DNA of 64,000 bases, taken from the NCBI GenBank assembly GCA_025786725.1, contig JAHLTZ010000007.1, positions 1 through 64,000 on the forward strand, in the 5' to 3' direction. Position 1 is the first letter of the stretch; each line of letters starts with the position of its first letter. This document shows, in pieces, positions 42,101 to 55,007 of this stretch. Origin of the DNA: Syncephalis fuscata S228 (taxonomy: Eukaryota > Fungi > Zoopagomycota). Below the pieces are notes generated by a model. The model saw nothing but the letters and a program-made list of their open reading frames with translations. It did not search any database and had not been told where the DNA came from. Position numbers and translations under genes: made by a program.

Positions 42101-43948
42101 CAGAATGGCATTGTTGGTAAGTAGCTATAGTCTATATTAGTAACATGATACTGAGCTGTTTATTTAGAATTGTATGATGATACACTTGAGTTGGTCGATT
42201 GCTGTATTGATTATGGCAAATCAGTATCACCTCCACTATGGAATGTGTTTTCGTATATCATCAGTGCCTATAAGAACCATGCTGTAGAATTTACAGAAGG
42301 TAAGTATTTATAATACATATATATATATATATACTAAACTTGATATGACATGTTATTTAGAATTCTTTCCTACGATAGCCAACTATGTTTGCTATGGCAA
42401 GGAAACAATCCAGTCAACACCAGAGATCACAGCTGCTCTCGTTGATGTTGTTACTTTGGTTAGTGGTTTATAAAATAGCCTATTAGATATTAATTGATAT
42501 ATATATATATATATATAACTATTATATTTATAGGCCATGACCACCGATAAAGTAGGCGAAGTAGATCGTTCTAGTGCCTGTACCTTAATGGAATGCATGC
42601 TACTTAATCTAAGCGGTAGTTTGGACCAAGTAAGCTATATTTATCTATTGTTTATTCATTCCAACCATTAAATTGCTATATCGATAGCATTTACATCATT
42701 TTATTCGAGCTGCTCTACATTATCTAGTCGGTGAAGGTGGCATCAAGACTGGTCCATTCCGTATTCGTTGTCTGTCTACCGTAAGTACATTTAATTATTA
42801 TAAACATTACTATTTAAAATAGTTGTTAATTACATGGCTATCTGCTCTAGATTCTCTGTGGTCTACTTTACAATACATCAGCCACTCTTCAGTGCATGGA
42901 AGAACAAGGCAAGACACACATCTTTTTCCAAATTTGGTTTGAACAGTTTAAACGATTCAATGGGTAAGTAATGGTAGCAATATTGATAATGAAAGACTTT
43001 TTGTTAACATAATATCAATTTAGATTACACGATACAAAACTATGTGTTGTAGTTTTGTGTTCATTGTTGGAAATGTCAGATCAACAAGTGCCAGCCTCTG
43101 TTCACACCAACTGGACATCGATTCTTAATGGTCTCATTAAAGTATTGCCTAGTTATGAAAAGGCCGCTTCAGGTAAATATTAATAACAAATCAATATAGT
43201 TTATTAACAATTCTATTTAGATCGTGAACACCTTGAAGAACTACGTGCTTCATTGGAAAGTGATGATGAAGACGATGATGACGATGATGACGAAGATGAA
43301 GGACATCTTGAAGCCGATGATGATGATGATGATGATGACGATGATGCATTTGAAGATCTGGCCAATCGATATGACAATGGATTTGAAGGTAAATATAATA
43401 GAGATATGTGCTACTTTATAATTAATATGATTACTAGATGATGAAGATGTAGAAAGTGAAGATAAAGAATACTTGGAATTCTTAGCTCAAAAGGTAAGTA
43501 ATTAATTAATATTATTAAAGCAATTAACACATTTGTATTAGGCATCAGAAAGCTATGCTGCCAAAGAACACGGCCAAGATGCCGGCAATGTTAATGGTGA
43601 CAATGAAGAGGAATCTGATGAAGATGACGATGAATTGTACGTCAACGAGGAAGATGATGGTGAAGGTCATCTACAGGGCATGTTCGAGTCACCGCTGGAT
43701 GATATGGATGTCTACGCTAAGGTGGAGCATACACTTAAGGGTAAGTAGCTATACAATAGATACTTGTACCCTCGCTATGTACTAACAATGCGAATGGCTG
43801 GTGGTTATTCACAATAGGTATGGAGGTACACCGTCCTGCTGTTTACAACGCAGTCATTGCCCATTTAACAGAAATGCAGCGCGAAGCTGTTACACATGCA
43901 TTTGAAATGGCTGCCACTTCTCGTGCTGAAGCCGCGCTCCAGTCTTAA
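39170..43948 (+). CDS. NMD5: Importin-7/8 family karyopherin (Nmd5/Sxm1)
   Basis: IBN_N start (RGQAEAQL...RQAASIFLKN), EYPDNWP, WFKAKKWA..CVNRLFARYGNP, PREKDGAL, acidic C-terminal loop; many introns. Confidence 0.88.
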
Positions 43949-44250
43949 ATAACAATAAAGATACACATTTCTCCACACATTACATAGTATAGCCACATAT
44001 CAACTATTTACACATACTCTATAATTATATAACTTATAATGACACCTCGTTATTATAATTAGTTGTCGATCAATCGGTATGGTGGAATATTTATTCCAAA
44101 GAAAGCACAAGAAGAAAGAGAAATAGATAGATAGATCGCGCGGCTAGCAAAAGAATAAACGCGTCCATACGTTACTATTGTCGTCGTTGTCGCGGCCGTC
44201 CACCATCCCTCCTCTCTTCTTCGTCTCCTCTTTTCGGGAGCTAGAACAAA

Positions 44251-45091
44251 TTAAGAGCGTGGCTTCTCCTTCTTCTCCTTGTAGAGCGAAAGAAGCGAAA
44301 CGCCAGCAACCTTGACAACCTTGAAACGGACACCGGGAATATCACCGATGGCACGACCGCTCTTACCGAAACCGGCGATGAGGACTTCGTCGTTTTCGTC
44401 GACAAAGTTAAGACAACCGTCGTTGGGCACGAATGCCGTGACCTTCTTGCCGTTCTTAATCAACTGGACACGCACACACTTACGAATGGCAGAGTTTGGC
44501 TGTTTGGCTTCAACACCAATCTTTTCCAGGACAATTCCCTTAGCGTGAGAGGCACCCTGGAATGGGGAAGACTTAAAGGCAGTGCCCAAAAGACGCTTCT
44601 TGTATTGCTTGTCGGCCCATCGCTGTTCGCGACGATGCGTGCGCAGCTTGCGTGCGGCATTCAAACCACGTGCCTTACCAGTACCTAATTAAAAAGAAAC
44701 CAATATAATAGCAACCATAGATATCAATATACATAATATATAGATTGTATTAGGTTGTATAGATGTTCAACGTTAGAATCCTATTCCAATAAACAGTCTA
44801 TCGCGACACCCAGTTGTATTACTAGTGTTACTGCAGTAATAGCTATATTCTCTTCTATTTACCAACTCATACGCGAGTATCTGTCATTGAGTGGTATATA
44901 ATTCAACTACTCGTTTTATCTATTCAACATCCATCTATGCATCCATCCATCTATGCATCCATCTATCCATGCATCCATCTATCTATCTACTTGTAGATTG
45001 CTATACTGTCCCGCATCCATACATCCATCCATATATTAATCCATTTCTATAGTGTATTTCTACAATCATGCACATTTCTATACGCACCCAT
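44251..45091 (-). CDS. RPS23: 40S ribosomal protein S23 (uS12)
   Basis: Exon 1 ATGG at 45091-45088, ~403-nt intron, then [14 protein letters not shown]...[15 protein letters not shown]...KEKKEKPRS. Confidence 0.97.
44928..45030. repeat. ATCC/ATCT microsatellite in the RPS23 intron
   Basis: catccatctatgcatccatccatctatgcatccatctatccatgcatccatctatctatct. Confidence 0.85.
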
Positions 45092-45332
45092 GTTGCCTTA
45101 ATGCTTGTTGGTGTGTGTGGCGAAAGAGGAGGAAACAGGAACTGGGTGTGGATTGGTGTCCATTGATAGTTTATTCCTCGTCCTCCACCAATAATTAGTT
45201 TCTAGTTTAACTCAATTCAATCTAATTCATACACACACAAAACACACACTCATTAACATAACATTAATGTTATTACATTCATTTATGTTTCGACTCTAAA
45301 TCATTTATTTAGCAATGCTGCCATGCCCATCA

Positions 45333-46822
45333 CTACTTCTGCTCATCGGGCTTGTTCTCTCCGTTGCCACCTTCAGATTTAGATGAATTATTCTGCTCTG
45401 TAGAGTCAGTAGGCGGATGAACACCTGTCAGACCAGAAAGTACACTATCAACAAATGCCGACTAAATAGTTAAATAGTATTAGTCAACCATAACTATATT
45501 AAATGCATACTTACTTGATCTGCCTCTTCATTTCCATTCTCAAGTGACATGGCAATAGCACGCGCAATTTGTTCATCTTCTGTTAAATCTTCCATCACCG
45601 TATCCTCTGCTGCCTATAGAAGATAATGGTCATTAGTTACTATACCAAAGATCACTATTGGCTATTATTATCCTACCGCTGCTGCAGGTGCTGATGTGCT
45701 TGCCTCGGCCGACTGTGATGGATTGTCTGTTGCCGCTGTTCCTGAAGATGCCGCTGCTGCCGCTTGACGTGCCTCTTCTTCTTGCAATGAAATACGTAGC
45801 GCCTATTCATAGTAACAAGTATTAACAAATACTCATTTGAATTTATAAACTTACCATGGCCAACTCTGGATCATCCTCGGGATTCATACCAAAGTCAAAG
45901 TCATTATTACCACGGCCATAAACATTACCGCCACCGCCACCGCCACCACCCGATGAAATGATAGGTGAAGATAAAAGTGCATCACTTAATAGGTGTGGAC
46001 CAGGTGGAATAGTTACTAAATGACTATAATCAAGTATACATTATTAATTCTACTATAGGTTATTACTATAATACACATTACCTATTATCTCCACTATTGA
46101 TATTATTAATAAAGCTTTCTAATTTGCCATCATTGACACTAGTTTCCCCAAAACTAATAATATCCACTGCTACATTGTTCTTTTTAAGCTTTTTGGCCAA
46201 TCTCACTAACGATGCTTCATCCTCTTCAATTGGACTACCAACAAAGGCGATAATACGTTGACGTTGATTTCGATTGCGGCGATATTTTAATGCGAGCTAA
46301 ATAAATTAAATAGAATATGAATTAGATAACTTTGTAGGCTTTACATGCCAGCTTACTTGAGCAACTTGAATACCCGTGGATAGATTGGCCTGTCCACTTA
46401 TTGTTGTACGATGTAGAGCATTTAATATTTTGCCGACATCAGAAGTTAGAGTTACCAGTACTTCTGGTCTATCGTTAAAAAACAGTATAGAATATAATAG
46501 TTAGCGTGTTGATTGTAATAGTGTAGTAACTACGTCATCAGTAACAATTTACCATCTATACTTGACGACGATACTTACTCTTTACCAGCCATTGTCATAA
46601 TACCAACTGTATTCTCAGGATGAGATTGCTGTTTGGCCTGGAACAGTAGATTCACAGCATCGGCCTGTGCATCTACGCGTGATGGCGTGTAATCGCCGTT
46701 ACGCATCCAGTCGGAATTGTCCAACCTAGTAGTAGTTTGACCATCAATACAGCTATTCTACAACTATATTGTCGTTTTATGTTAATAACCACCTACACTA
46801 ACATAGTCGCCTCCAGTGTCAT
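45333..46822 (-). CDS. RPN10: 26S proteasome regulatory subunit Rpn10
   Basis: Spliced [51 protein letters not shown], and UIMs ([28 protein letters not shown]). Confidence 0.95.
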
Positions 46823-47444
46823 TGTAAAGAAATAATTGAATAAACAAAGTAGTGCAAGCGAAAGAGTAAAGGTAGAAACTTGATGAAAATGGTGAAAGAA
46901 GGAAAGAGTGACGACAGCACAAAGTGTTACAATTAAGAATATATTGTTATTATTTACATTAACAACACTATTACTGTTATTAACATTATTGTTATTAAAT
47001 ATTAGGAGCTATTTTACTTTAAGTCCCTATCTTTAAACTAAAAGATAAAGAATTTATAGCTTGAAAAATAAACCGTCGATTAGTTTTTAATACTGAGAAG
47101 TAGTATTTGTTGGTGACACTATGTCAATTTTGTTTGAATTAATTGAAGGTGAACTAGTCCGTACTATTTTCAATGTGCAATATGTGTTAGTAAATGTTAA
47201 ATAGTATTTTCATGTCACTTCCAATATAATAAATAAATAAATGTTGATCCATATTATTGTTGCTGTAAAGTATTCAAAGCATTACAATGTGATATTTAAT
47301 ATAACTCACCATCCAGTTCCATGTTTAGTAGAACAACAAATGCGTAGTTCAATCAAGTAAAGATGTCAATTTTGATCTTTTGATACTGGATTACATGAGT
47401 CTACTAATAAATTATTTAATATTAGTGAGTTGTTGTACTTTTAT

Positions 47445-48062
47445 TTTTTATTTACTCATTTCACTCCCTTTTCCTATTGCTATCTTATTATTCTATTCAG
47501 TAATATAGTATACAATAATACCGAATATAACAGTATAAATAGCATGTGTATTTGAACATCAATAAAAACACTATTCAATTCCTAGTCTTTATTTCCCTTA
47601 TTTTACATCAACACCTGTTTAAGTAACCTCAACGGTATGCCGTATATTCTGGTTACAACTGTTGCCACAAGATCTTCCTGGTGAAGACGCTCAACTTATC
47701 ATTATTGCATATGGTGGAGACCATTTGTTTTATCAATGGTTGGCAAATAATCTGCATTTACCAAGTTGATATCAAGAATGCTCAAGACAATGGTGAACAT
47801 TAGGGATGCTAGTCGTCCTACCTTTTTGTCACCATAGACAAATATTTTACATCGCAAATATGCCCAAAATGCAACAGCAGAAGATTGCGGAATAGAAGGG
47901 ACCATTCAGACGCAAGAAACCACACGGTACATAGTAACAACAACAACAACTGCAGAATGGCGTGGAATCGCAATCACATGGCTTTTATTAATATTTAATC
48001 AATTTTTCTACGCATGACCAACAACAATAATGATAGGCCTCGTGAATTTCAAGTAATCAAAT
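47445..48062 (+). mobile_element. Degenerate Fanzor/TnpB-like 3' fragment, copy 1 (direct repeat with 54095-54714)
   Basis: The + strand frame from 47822 reads LFVTIDKYFTSQICPKC...CRMAWNRNHMAFINI*SIFLRM...DRPREF, matching the RuvC-II/Zn-finger/RuvC-III pattern (DEyxTSxxC..C...WNRD..A..NI...RP..F). LIIIAYG lies upstream, with stops and frameshifts. Confidence 0.7.
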
Positions 48063-50111
48063 GAAAACATTATAAACATGTTTGTTGTGCATAATAGCAT
48101 GACTTCGATCGGAACGAATTTTGCTTTGAAAACTCAAAATATAAGAGTCAAAGTAAAATTGGGAAATTTTGAAAAAACTAAAAATGCCTGATAAGGAAAA
48201 AATTAATTACAATAAATGTAACAAAGTTTAATTTAATTTTTTTGCTTATTTATTGAATAAATACAAACAACTAATGAAGCAACTATTAAAATAAATAAAG
48301 TGTAATGCAAACAAAAATGATATAATTAATAAATATTTTTAAATTTTAACCAACAAATAAAATTATACTGATTTATCTAAAGTATTTCAGATATTAATTT
48401 AGCAATTAAACAATTCTGAATTACATGAAATACTATTACTGTTTTGATATTCCTGACAGGGTCTTGAAAAGTGTGACCAAGAGATATACCATGCGTTGAT
48501 ACCAGTTAAAGTCGCATGTGATTATCAACAATAATATACCTGTCCGATATTAGTACCGATTACTAGTAACAAACGTTTATTACGACAATATGACGAGTAG
48601 CTACTTGTTAGTTGAGGCATGTGAGCAGTTACCTGAACTAATATGCTGCACTAATGATGAAATACTACAAGGCATTCCAGTTCTATTATTAGTTATGTTT
48701 ACTATATAATGATAGCTTTATTCAATATCAATAAAGAAATAAGCAAGTTTCTAGTCCAACATTATTTCTACTTAGTGTCATACAAGTTATTCAGTTTATT
48801 ATAGTTAAACTGTGGTAATTAATGACCAATAAGAAATAATTTTATTATACAAGCAATACAACCAAACAACACATTGTATTCTGAGCGTTAAGGTAAGCGT
48901 TAATAAGCATCAGAAATTAACGTTACAGAATAGCAACAGGATAAGATGTTGTTTGGTCATCTAAGTTGCGATTTCTAAAACTAGAAGCATAACAGCATTA
49001 TTACTTTAATCAACTCAAGTTAACTAGCTGGTGTATCAAGAAAGAGTAAAGATATGCAAAATAAAGCCGCCAACATGGCATTTTCCATTGATAAACTAAA
49101 ACAATCTACTCGTAATACTCATTTCTAAATTCCACATTAGCCGCGCCAATGTTCTAATTTAAAAAATTTGTGGAACATGGCGAAAGAAGCTTAAAAGGGT
49201 GTTGTGACAGATCATTTAACCACTTGATTTGTACTAAATATTATAATACTTTTATTAGCTAAATAAAAACAACTCTTACACAATATTAAGTACACTATTG
49301 GTTATTTAATGTGATTTGGCAGTTAAATAGCTATAATAGCCATATATTTAAACAAAATATTTGCTTTATTAAAAATGAAGCTGAGTGGTGAGTATTATTG
49401 GTTATTAAAATATTTATTTATCATTACTATTGCACTGTACATATTTGCACTGTATACATATACTATGTGTCCGTCTATATCATTAATATTGTATATTGCA
49501 AAAATTACATTAACAAAAGCTAAAATTTATTGCTAACTGTATTCTTTTAGTAGATTTTAATTCATTTTGTTCATTACTCTTGGTTAATTGCATACAGTAT
49601 AGTCTCACTATCACTATTCACGTATTTGATTTGTTTATTTATTCTATAATATTTTATGCTTTATTGTCATGTTTTATTAAAAAAACGTTTTTATTCTAAT
49701 TTAGTATAATATTATTTGGCTATATGGTAATAATAGTTTTCTACTATCATACCAATCTATGCCTATAGCTAATACAATATATCGTACATGTCTTTTGTTA
49801 TTTGATTATAATTAATGATTATTGGATGCAATAAAACATGAGTATAGATATAACAATTTGATTGTATATAGTTAGGATGGAACCATAGGTTTATTAAAAT
49901 AAACTTGCACAGTTGAATAGAAACAACTAGATGCAAATATGTTGATAAAATAATGATCCATTGATTAAAGAATGGATAAACCGGAGCATTGGCCAAAACT
50001 TGATATATAGATAGACTGATGGCGTAATTGTCAAATGGTTTTGATTTTACCGAATATATATCTAAAGTGCGTTGGAATAGTGGTTTGATTTCACCACCAA
50101 TGCTGATGCTC

Positions 50112-52486
50112 TTATGGTTGTGGGTTATCTGCATTTATAAAGAAAGATATTACATGTCATATAATTAATGTATAATCTATCAATATACAGTACTACTTAC
50201 TGCCTATTATATTAAGTTATTAATACACACAGTATATAGCATTTGGTCAGTACATAGTCAATTAATATACAATATAACTTACATTCTATTAATATTAAAT
50301 TGTTGATGAATACAGTAAATAACATTTAGTTAGTGAGTAGCCAGTTAGTATACAATACAACTTACGCTCTATTGATATTAAGTTGTTGATGGATACAGTA
50401 AATAGCATGTAATTAGTGAGTAGCCAGTTAGTATACAATACAACTTACTATCTATTAGTAGCAAGTTATTGATACACAAAACACACAATATATAATTAGT
50501 AAATAGTCAAGTAATATACAATACTACTTGCCGCCTATTATATTAAGTTGTTGATGCGCACATTATATAGCATGTGGTCAGTACATAGTCAATTAATATA
50601 AAATTATACTTACAATCTATCAATAATGTTGTTGATTTATAGAGTACATAATATATAATTAGTAAACGGTACATAATATACAATACACTTACAGGCTATT
50701 AATATTAAATAATTAATACAATTAGTAAATAGTATAGTTAATGTATAGTCAGTTGATATACAATATCACTTACTCACTATTAATATTAAATAATTAATAC
50801 AATTAGTAAATAGTATAGTTAATGTATAGTCAATTAATATACAATATCACTTACCGCCTATTAATATTAAATAATTAATACCATTAGTAAACAAATAGTT
50901 AATGTATAATTAGCTAATATACAATATCACTTACATTCTATTAATATTAAATAATTAATACCATTAGTAAACAGTATAGTTAATCTATGGTCAGTTACTC
51001 TATAATATCACTTACTCACTATTAATATTAAATAATTAATACCATTAGTAAACAAATAGTTAATGTATAGTCAGCTAATATGCAATATCACTTACGATCT
51101 ATTAAATAATTAATACCATTAGTAAACAGTATAGTTAATGTATAGTCATTTAATATACAATATCACTTACAAGCTATTAATATTAAATAATTAATACCAT
51201 TAGTAAACAATGTAGTTAATATATAGTCGGTTAATATACAATAGCACTTACAAGCTATTAATATTAAATAATTAATATCATTAGTAAACAATTTAGTTAA
51301 TATATAGTCGGTTAGTATACAATATCACTTACAAGCTATTAATATTAAATAATTAACACCATTAATAAATAGTATAGTTAATATATAGTTGGTTTATATA
51401 CAATATTACCTACCCCCTATTAATATTAAATAATTAATATCATTAGTAAACAATGTAGTTAATATATAGTCGGTTAATATACAATATCACTTACAGGCTA
51501 TTAATATTAAATAATTAATACCATTAGTAAACAATGTAGATAATATGTAGTCAGTTAATATACAATATTACTTACGCCCTATTAATATTAAATAATTAAT
51601 ACCATTAGTAAATAGCATAGTTAATATATAGTCAGTTGATATATACTACTACTTACTGCCTATTAATAAGGTTGTTGATGCATACAATACATAACACGTA
51701 ATTAGTGAATAGTTAGCTAATATACAATAGCACTTACATCCTATTAATATCAAGTTATTGATACACACAGCATATAGTATATAATTAATCAATGCTCACT
51801 TAATATACAATACAACTTACTTTCTATTAGTGCCAAGTTATTGATACATATAATACACAATATATAATTAGTGCATAGGCAGTTAATATACAATACAACT
51901 TACTTTCTATTATATTAAGTCGTTAATACACACAATACATGGTATACAATTAATTTATAAGTCAGTAACATACAATGCTACTTACTGCCTATTAATATTA
52001 AATCATTAATACACACAACACATAATATACAATTAGCCAATGCTCAATTAATGTACAATATGACTTACAATCTATTATATTAAGTTGTTGATACACACAA
52101 TGTATCACATAAAATTAGCACATAGTCGGTTAATACACAATACATCTTACCATCTATGGTATTAAGTTATGTATACACGTAATACATGTTATTAATTAAT
52201 TTATAAGCCAGTAATATATAATATCACTTACCGCCTATTAGCATTAAGTTAATAATACACATAGTATATAACATGCAATTAATGAGTAATTACAGTTAAT
52301 AAGCAATACAACTTACAATCTAATAGCATCATTAGTTAGCAATATTATTGGTAAGCAAATGCTATGGCATATTTATTGTTATTGCAACATACCACGACGA
52401 ACTAAAGCTGGATCAGCATCCACAATGGCTGTAGCGGCTATCAAAGCCACAAAGATGGTGCAAACGACGGCAATGGAAAGCTTCAT
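50112..52486 (-). CDS. Microexon-array secreted Cys-rich peptide gene, locus 3 (63-aa precursor; predicted mature DCDDCKKRCRPWASSYLKCVTYCDKQCNNPQP)
   Basis: Exon 1 at 52486-52393 (94 nt) encodes MKLSIAVVCTIFVALIAATAIVDADPALVRR+G. 27 exons of 3 nt from 52317-52319 down to 50201-50203, spaced 75-85 nt. Terminal exon 50128-50112 ends in TAA. No in-frame stop; six TGC codons. Confidence 0.9.
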
Positions 52487-54094
52487 GGTGATATTGATTT
52501 GTTAAGACAAACAAATAAAAAAAATAGTAGAGTGTGGTTGGTGTAAAGTGGAGAGTAGTGTGTGTTTAGTAAGAAGTAGAGTGGGATGATGATATCGCAG
52601 TTATTTGTGTATATTTTGTGGGCTATTTAAAGTTATGATTATGCTGAGTACTAGTATACTGTAGTATACGATATATACCATTGATGTGTGATATGAACCA
52701 ATAAAGCAATCCAAACAATGAATTGAGGTGCGCGTGTACCAATAGACTCATGCCGTAATAGAATGTATCTCAGCCTTGCTTTTAATCTGCTCGGTCTTGA
52801 TTTTAACCTGCCCGGCCTTTACTTCAATCTGCTAGTCATTTACACAAATGATGTAAGGGTGTTCGTAATTCAGTACTATGGGATAAAAATAGGCATATTA
52901 GCCTGAATTTTTTGTTACACGATTTAACTATTTGGTAAAAACGATAATGAAGTCTTTGCTGCCATCTCTACTGATTTGATTCTCAATATCTGTTGCATAC
53001 AGAATAGCACACAACAACACTGATGCAAAAACAAGTTTGATATGTTAAACTGGTATTTTATACAGGTTTTACTGCCATACATAGGTCAGCTGTAATTTTA
53101 GATTATAAAGTGTGCTGATTGGTACATGAGTGCATTTCATTCAACACTATGCCCATTGTTATGGGGCAATCATTGCTTTGAATTCACAAACGCATTACAT
53201 CCAGGCATATCATGCCACATGTTGTGCAACTACCATCATTCAAATGGCGGCTAATCTAAACCACATGAAATTAAATATACAATAAGTATTGTTTGTAGCA
53301 TAATGCATCACAGCATTTTGAGCAATGGAACATTCCAACAAGTCATTTTCGTTATCAGTTTTCAGCTGTAAACTAGATTGCATTGGCTAAATTACACGCA
53401 ATACAATATGCAGACACCAGAATAAACACAATAGAAAGTTCTGCTCAAATATTACCAATTTCAGTGCATAGTGTCGATGGATTGCATATCGATGAGTAAT
53501 CATCCAAGGCCTAGGTACTACTTACATTTTCGAAACCAATCCTAGCAAGTTAAGCAAGATAGAATATAAACGAACAAGTCAAAGCAGAAACCAATGGAAA
53601 AACAATTGGCAGCTCAAAGGATTAATGGTTTGACCTATAACAAATCATTATAACTATGCTAAACTGGACTGCGTTTATCAAAAGTTGGCTGTTGCTAATG
53701 TGACCAAAACAGCAGCAACGTTAAACCGAGATAATGCACAGAAAACAAAGAGTTGTAGATAAAATTGAATTAACAATTTTAGTAATTAAATCATTTATTA
53801 TTGTCATTATAATTTATAATTATGGTTGTTTGTGAGTATAAATATTTACAATCACACTGTAACTTCTTATATACTTACATTTATACGACTACCAACTAAG
53901 TCAACTATTATAAGGCTTAGTTTAATTACTTATTAGAGTAAGCAGTTAATATTATACATTATTGCAATAATAGGAAGACAGATTAATTTTATTATTGATC
54001 ATTAACGAAAGTTGTATAACTATGTATCAAAATAAACATTGAATTGAGCGCGTAGTATTTACATGATCAAGTCATTTTTACTTTAACTCTCACA

Positions 54095-54714
54095 TTTTTA
54101 TTTACTCATTTCACTCCCTTTTTCTATTGCTATCTTATTATTCTATTCAGTAATATAGTATACAATAATACCGAATATAACAGTATAAATAGCATGTGTA
54201 TTTGAACATCAATAAAAAACACTATTCAATTCCTAGTCTTTATTTCCCTTATTTTACATCAACACCTGTTTAAGTAACCTCAACGGTATGCCGTATATTC
54301 TGGTTACAACTGTTGCCACAAGATCTTCCTGGTGAAGACGCTCAACTTATCATTATTGCATATGGTGGAGACCATTTGTTTTATCAATGGTTGGCAAATA
54401 ATCTGCATTTACCAAGTTGATATCAAGAATGCTCAAGACAATGGTGAACATTAGGGATGCTAGTCGTCCTACCTTTTTGTCACCATAGACAAATATTTTA
54501 CATCGCAAATATGCCCAAAATGCAACAGCAGAAGATTGCGGAATAGAAGGGACCATTCAGACGCAAGAAACCACACGGTACATAGTAACAACAACAACAA
54601 CTGCAGAATGGCGTGGAATCGCAATCACATGGCTTTTATTAATATTTAATCAATTTTTCTACGCATGACCAACAACAATAATGATAGGCCTCGTGAATTT
54701 CAAAGTAGTCAAAT
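54095..54714 (+). mobile_element. Degenerate Fanzor/TnpB-like 3' fragment, copy 2
   Basis: Near-identical to 47445-48062 (offset ~6650 bp; only a few differences seen). Confidence 0.7.
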
Positions 54715-55007
54715 AGCATGTTACAGTATTTATTTAAATGTTTAAAATAGAAGTTATTAATATAATGTTCTGTTACATTTAATTTTATTTTATGAAAATA
54801 ATAATGTTATTATATTAATATTAATATTTATTGTGAATGATCATTTAAACACAAATTAATCCAATCAATTCGTTAACTATTTAAATCACTACAATTGATT
54901 GCGTAAAATGATTTGCTGCTTTAGGGGATTAGAGTAGATATTAGCCATGTAGTTTTATTTAATTGTTAGAATCAAGAAATAAACCACATTTGTATAAAAC
55001 CATTCAT

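Noticed and set aside
47702-47905. Identical 67-aa minus-strand ORFs at 47702-47905 and 54353-54556
   Set aside because: Antisense shadow of the duplicated Fanzor-like fragment; identity reflects recent DNA duplication.
50160-52330. CRISPR array or plain satellite/minisatellite reading of the ~81-bp repeats (also 1-560, 3880-5160, 63580-64000)
   Set aside because: Eukaryotic context, no cas genes, and the variable part is only 3 nt and always bounded by splice consensus. The spliced product is a coherent ORF continuing a signal-peptide exon.
47445-54714. LTR retrotransposon (two long direct repeats ~6.6 kb apart)
   Set aside because: No TG...CA ends, PBS, PPT or gag/pol; the repeats carry nuclease-like remnants and the interior is a host peptide gene.
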